This document shows, one piece after another, positions 63,655 to 64,000 of a stretch of 64,000 bases of DNA (positions are counted from its first letter, which is position 1; each line of letters starts with the position of its first letter). Both the position numbers and the translations under genes were made by a program. This DNA is from Candidatus Eiseniibacteriota bacterium. GTDB taxonomy: Bacteria; Eisenbacteria; RBG-16-71-46. The stretch lies in contig CAVQXP010000004.1 of NCBI GenBank assembly GCA_963717935.1, forward strand, positions 352,001 to 416,000, written 5' to 3'. The notes under the pieces were generated by a model that worked only from the letters and a program-made list of their open reading frames with translations, searched no databases and was not told the origin of the DNA.

Positions 63655-64000
63655 CTAGAAGCTGAAGGCCTGGCACTGGACGGTGAACAGCTTGTGGTCG
63701 TCGCTGCCGTCCTTCTTCATCAGGGTGTAGCCGGCCTTGACGTTGGACTTGTGGCCGTCCAGCCAGTAGGCCAGGCCGAACTGGAGCGCCCGCTCGTCCT
63801 GTCCGTGCGCGTCCTCGTCGAACATCCTGCCCGACACCTGGACGAAGGGCGTGACCCGCTGGGCGATGAACGTGAGCCCGGCCTCGATCATGTACGTGTC
63901 CTGCTTGTACAGGGCCGAGCCCAGGAAGTCCCCGCCGTCGTACGTGGCGTAGTTGCCCTGCAGCGTCACCGCCGGGCCACCCGCGAGCGGGTAGTCCAGG
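63655..64000 (-). CDS. C-terminal part of an outer-membrane porin (partial, runs off the window)
   Basis: Amphipathic strands, G..YWL.GH..N.K and terminal Q.Q.F.F motifs. Confidence 0.7.
   Translation of the reverse strand, partial: LDYPLAGGPAVTLQGNYATYDGGDFLGSALYKQDTYMIEAGLTFIAQRVTPFVQVSGRMFDEDAHGQDERALQFGLAYWLDGHKSNVKAGYTLMKKDGSDDHKLFTVQCQAFSF

Noticed and set aside
195..63969. Numerous long Arg/Ala/Pro/Gly-rich ORFs (e.g. 17101..19932-, 26926..30225+, 55237..58401+, 43700..46600+)
   Set aside because: Shadow or antisense frames of real genes in high-GC DNA; no motifs.
1..64000. CRISPR array, tRNA, rRNA, transposase/integrase, SRP/tmRNA
   Set aside because: No regularly spaced repeats or diagnostic motifs seen by eye. 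Small RNAs could still be missed without cmscan.

Overview
A very GC-rich (by eye >70%), gene-dense chromosomal window from a diderm bacterium, shown by OM beta-barrels, TolC and Tat/lipoprotein signals. The taxon cannot be fixed from sequence alone. About 57 CDSs are supportable. They include a metal-uptake operon (porin, ZnuA-like, ZnuB-like) led by a CxxC...RGPP leader peptide, bioY, two two-component systems, SPFH+Arc, HEAT+HD-GYP, tricorn protease, cysKE, an IorAB-type molybdoenzyme and an ABC-permease/M1-peptidase fusion. Also present are EmrA-TolC, TldD-PmbA-EmrB, GT2-WecA, Eis-like GNAT+amidase, DsbD, and an ECF sigma/anti-sigma locus. No rRNA, tRNA, CRISPR array, transposase or integrase was seen. 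The most interesting signals are regulatory and non-coding: (1) a probable ribosome-stalling metal-sensing uORF; (2) a ~187-nt rod-like RNA with + strand G-U wobbles joining the SPFH stop to the Arc start; (3) two sigma54-activator-like proteins lacking a functional AAA+ motor, each beside a palindromic operator; (4) mirror-image ECF promoters; (5) a sigma54-driven secreted protein with a near-perfect C2H2 zinc-finger pattern; (6) an orphan antisense sigma54 promoter; (7) a Tat-tagged GatC/AtzG-like amidase partner; (8) a pseudo-ApbE and several gene remnants. All family calls come from motif recognition by eye, not database searches. Many start codons were trimmed relative to the ORF track.
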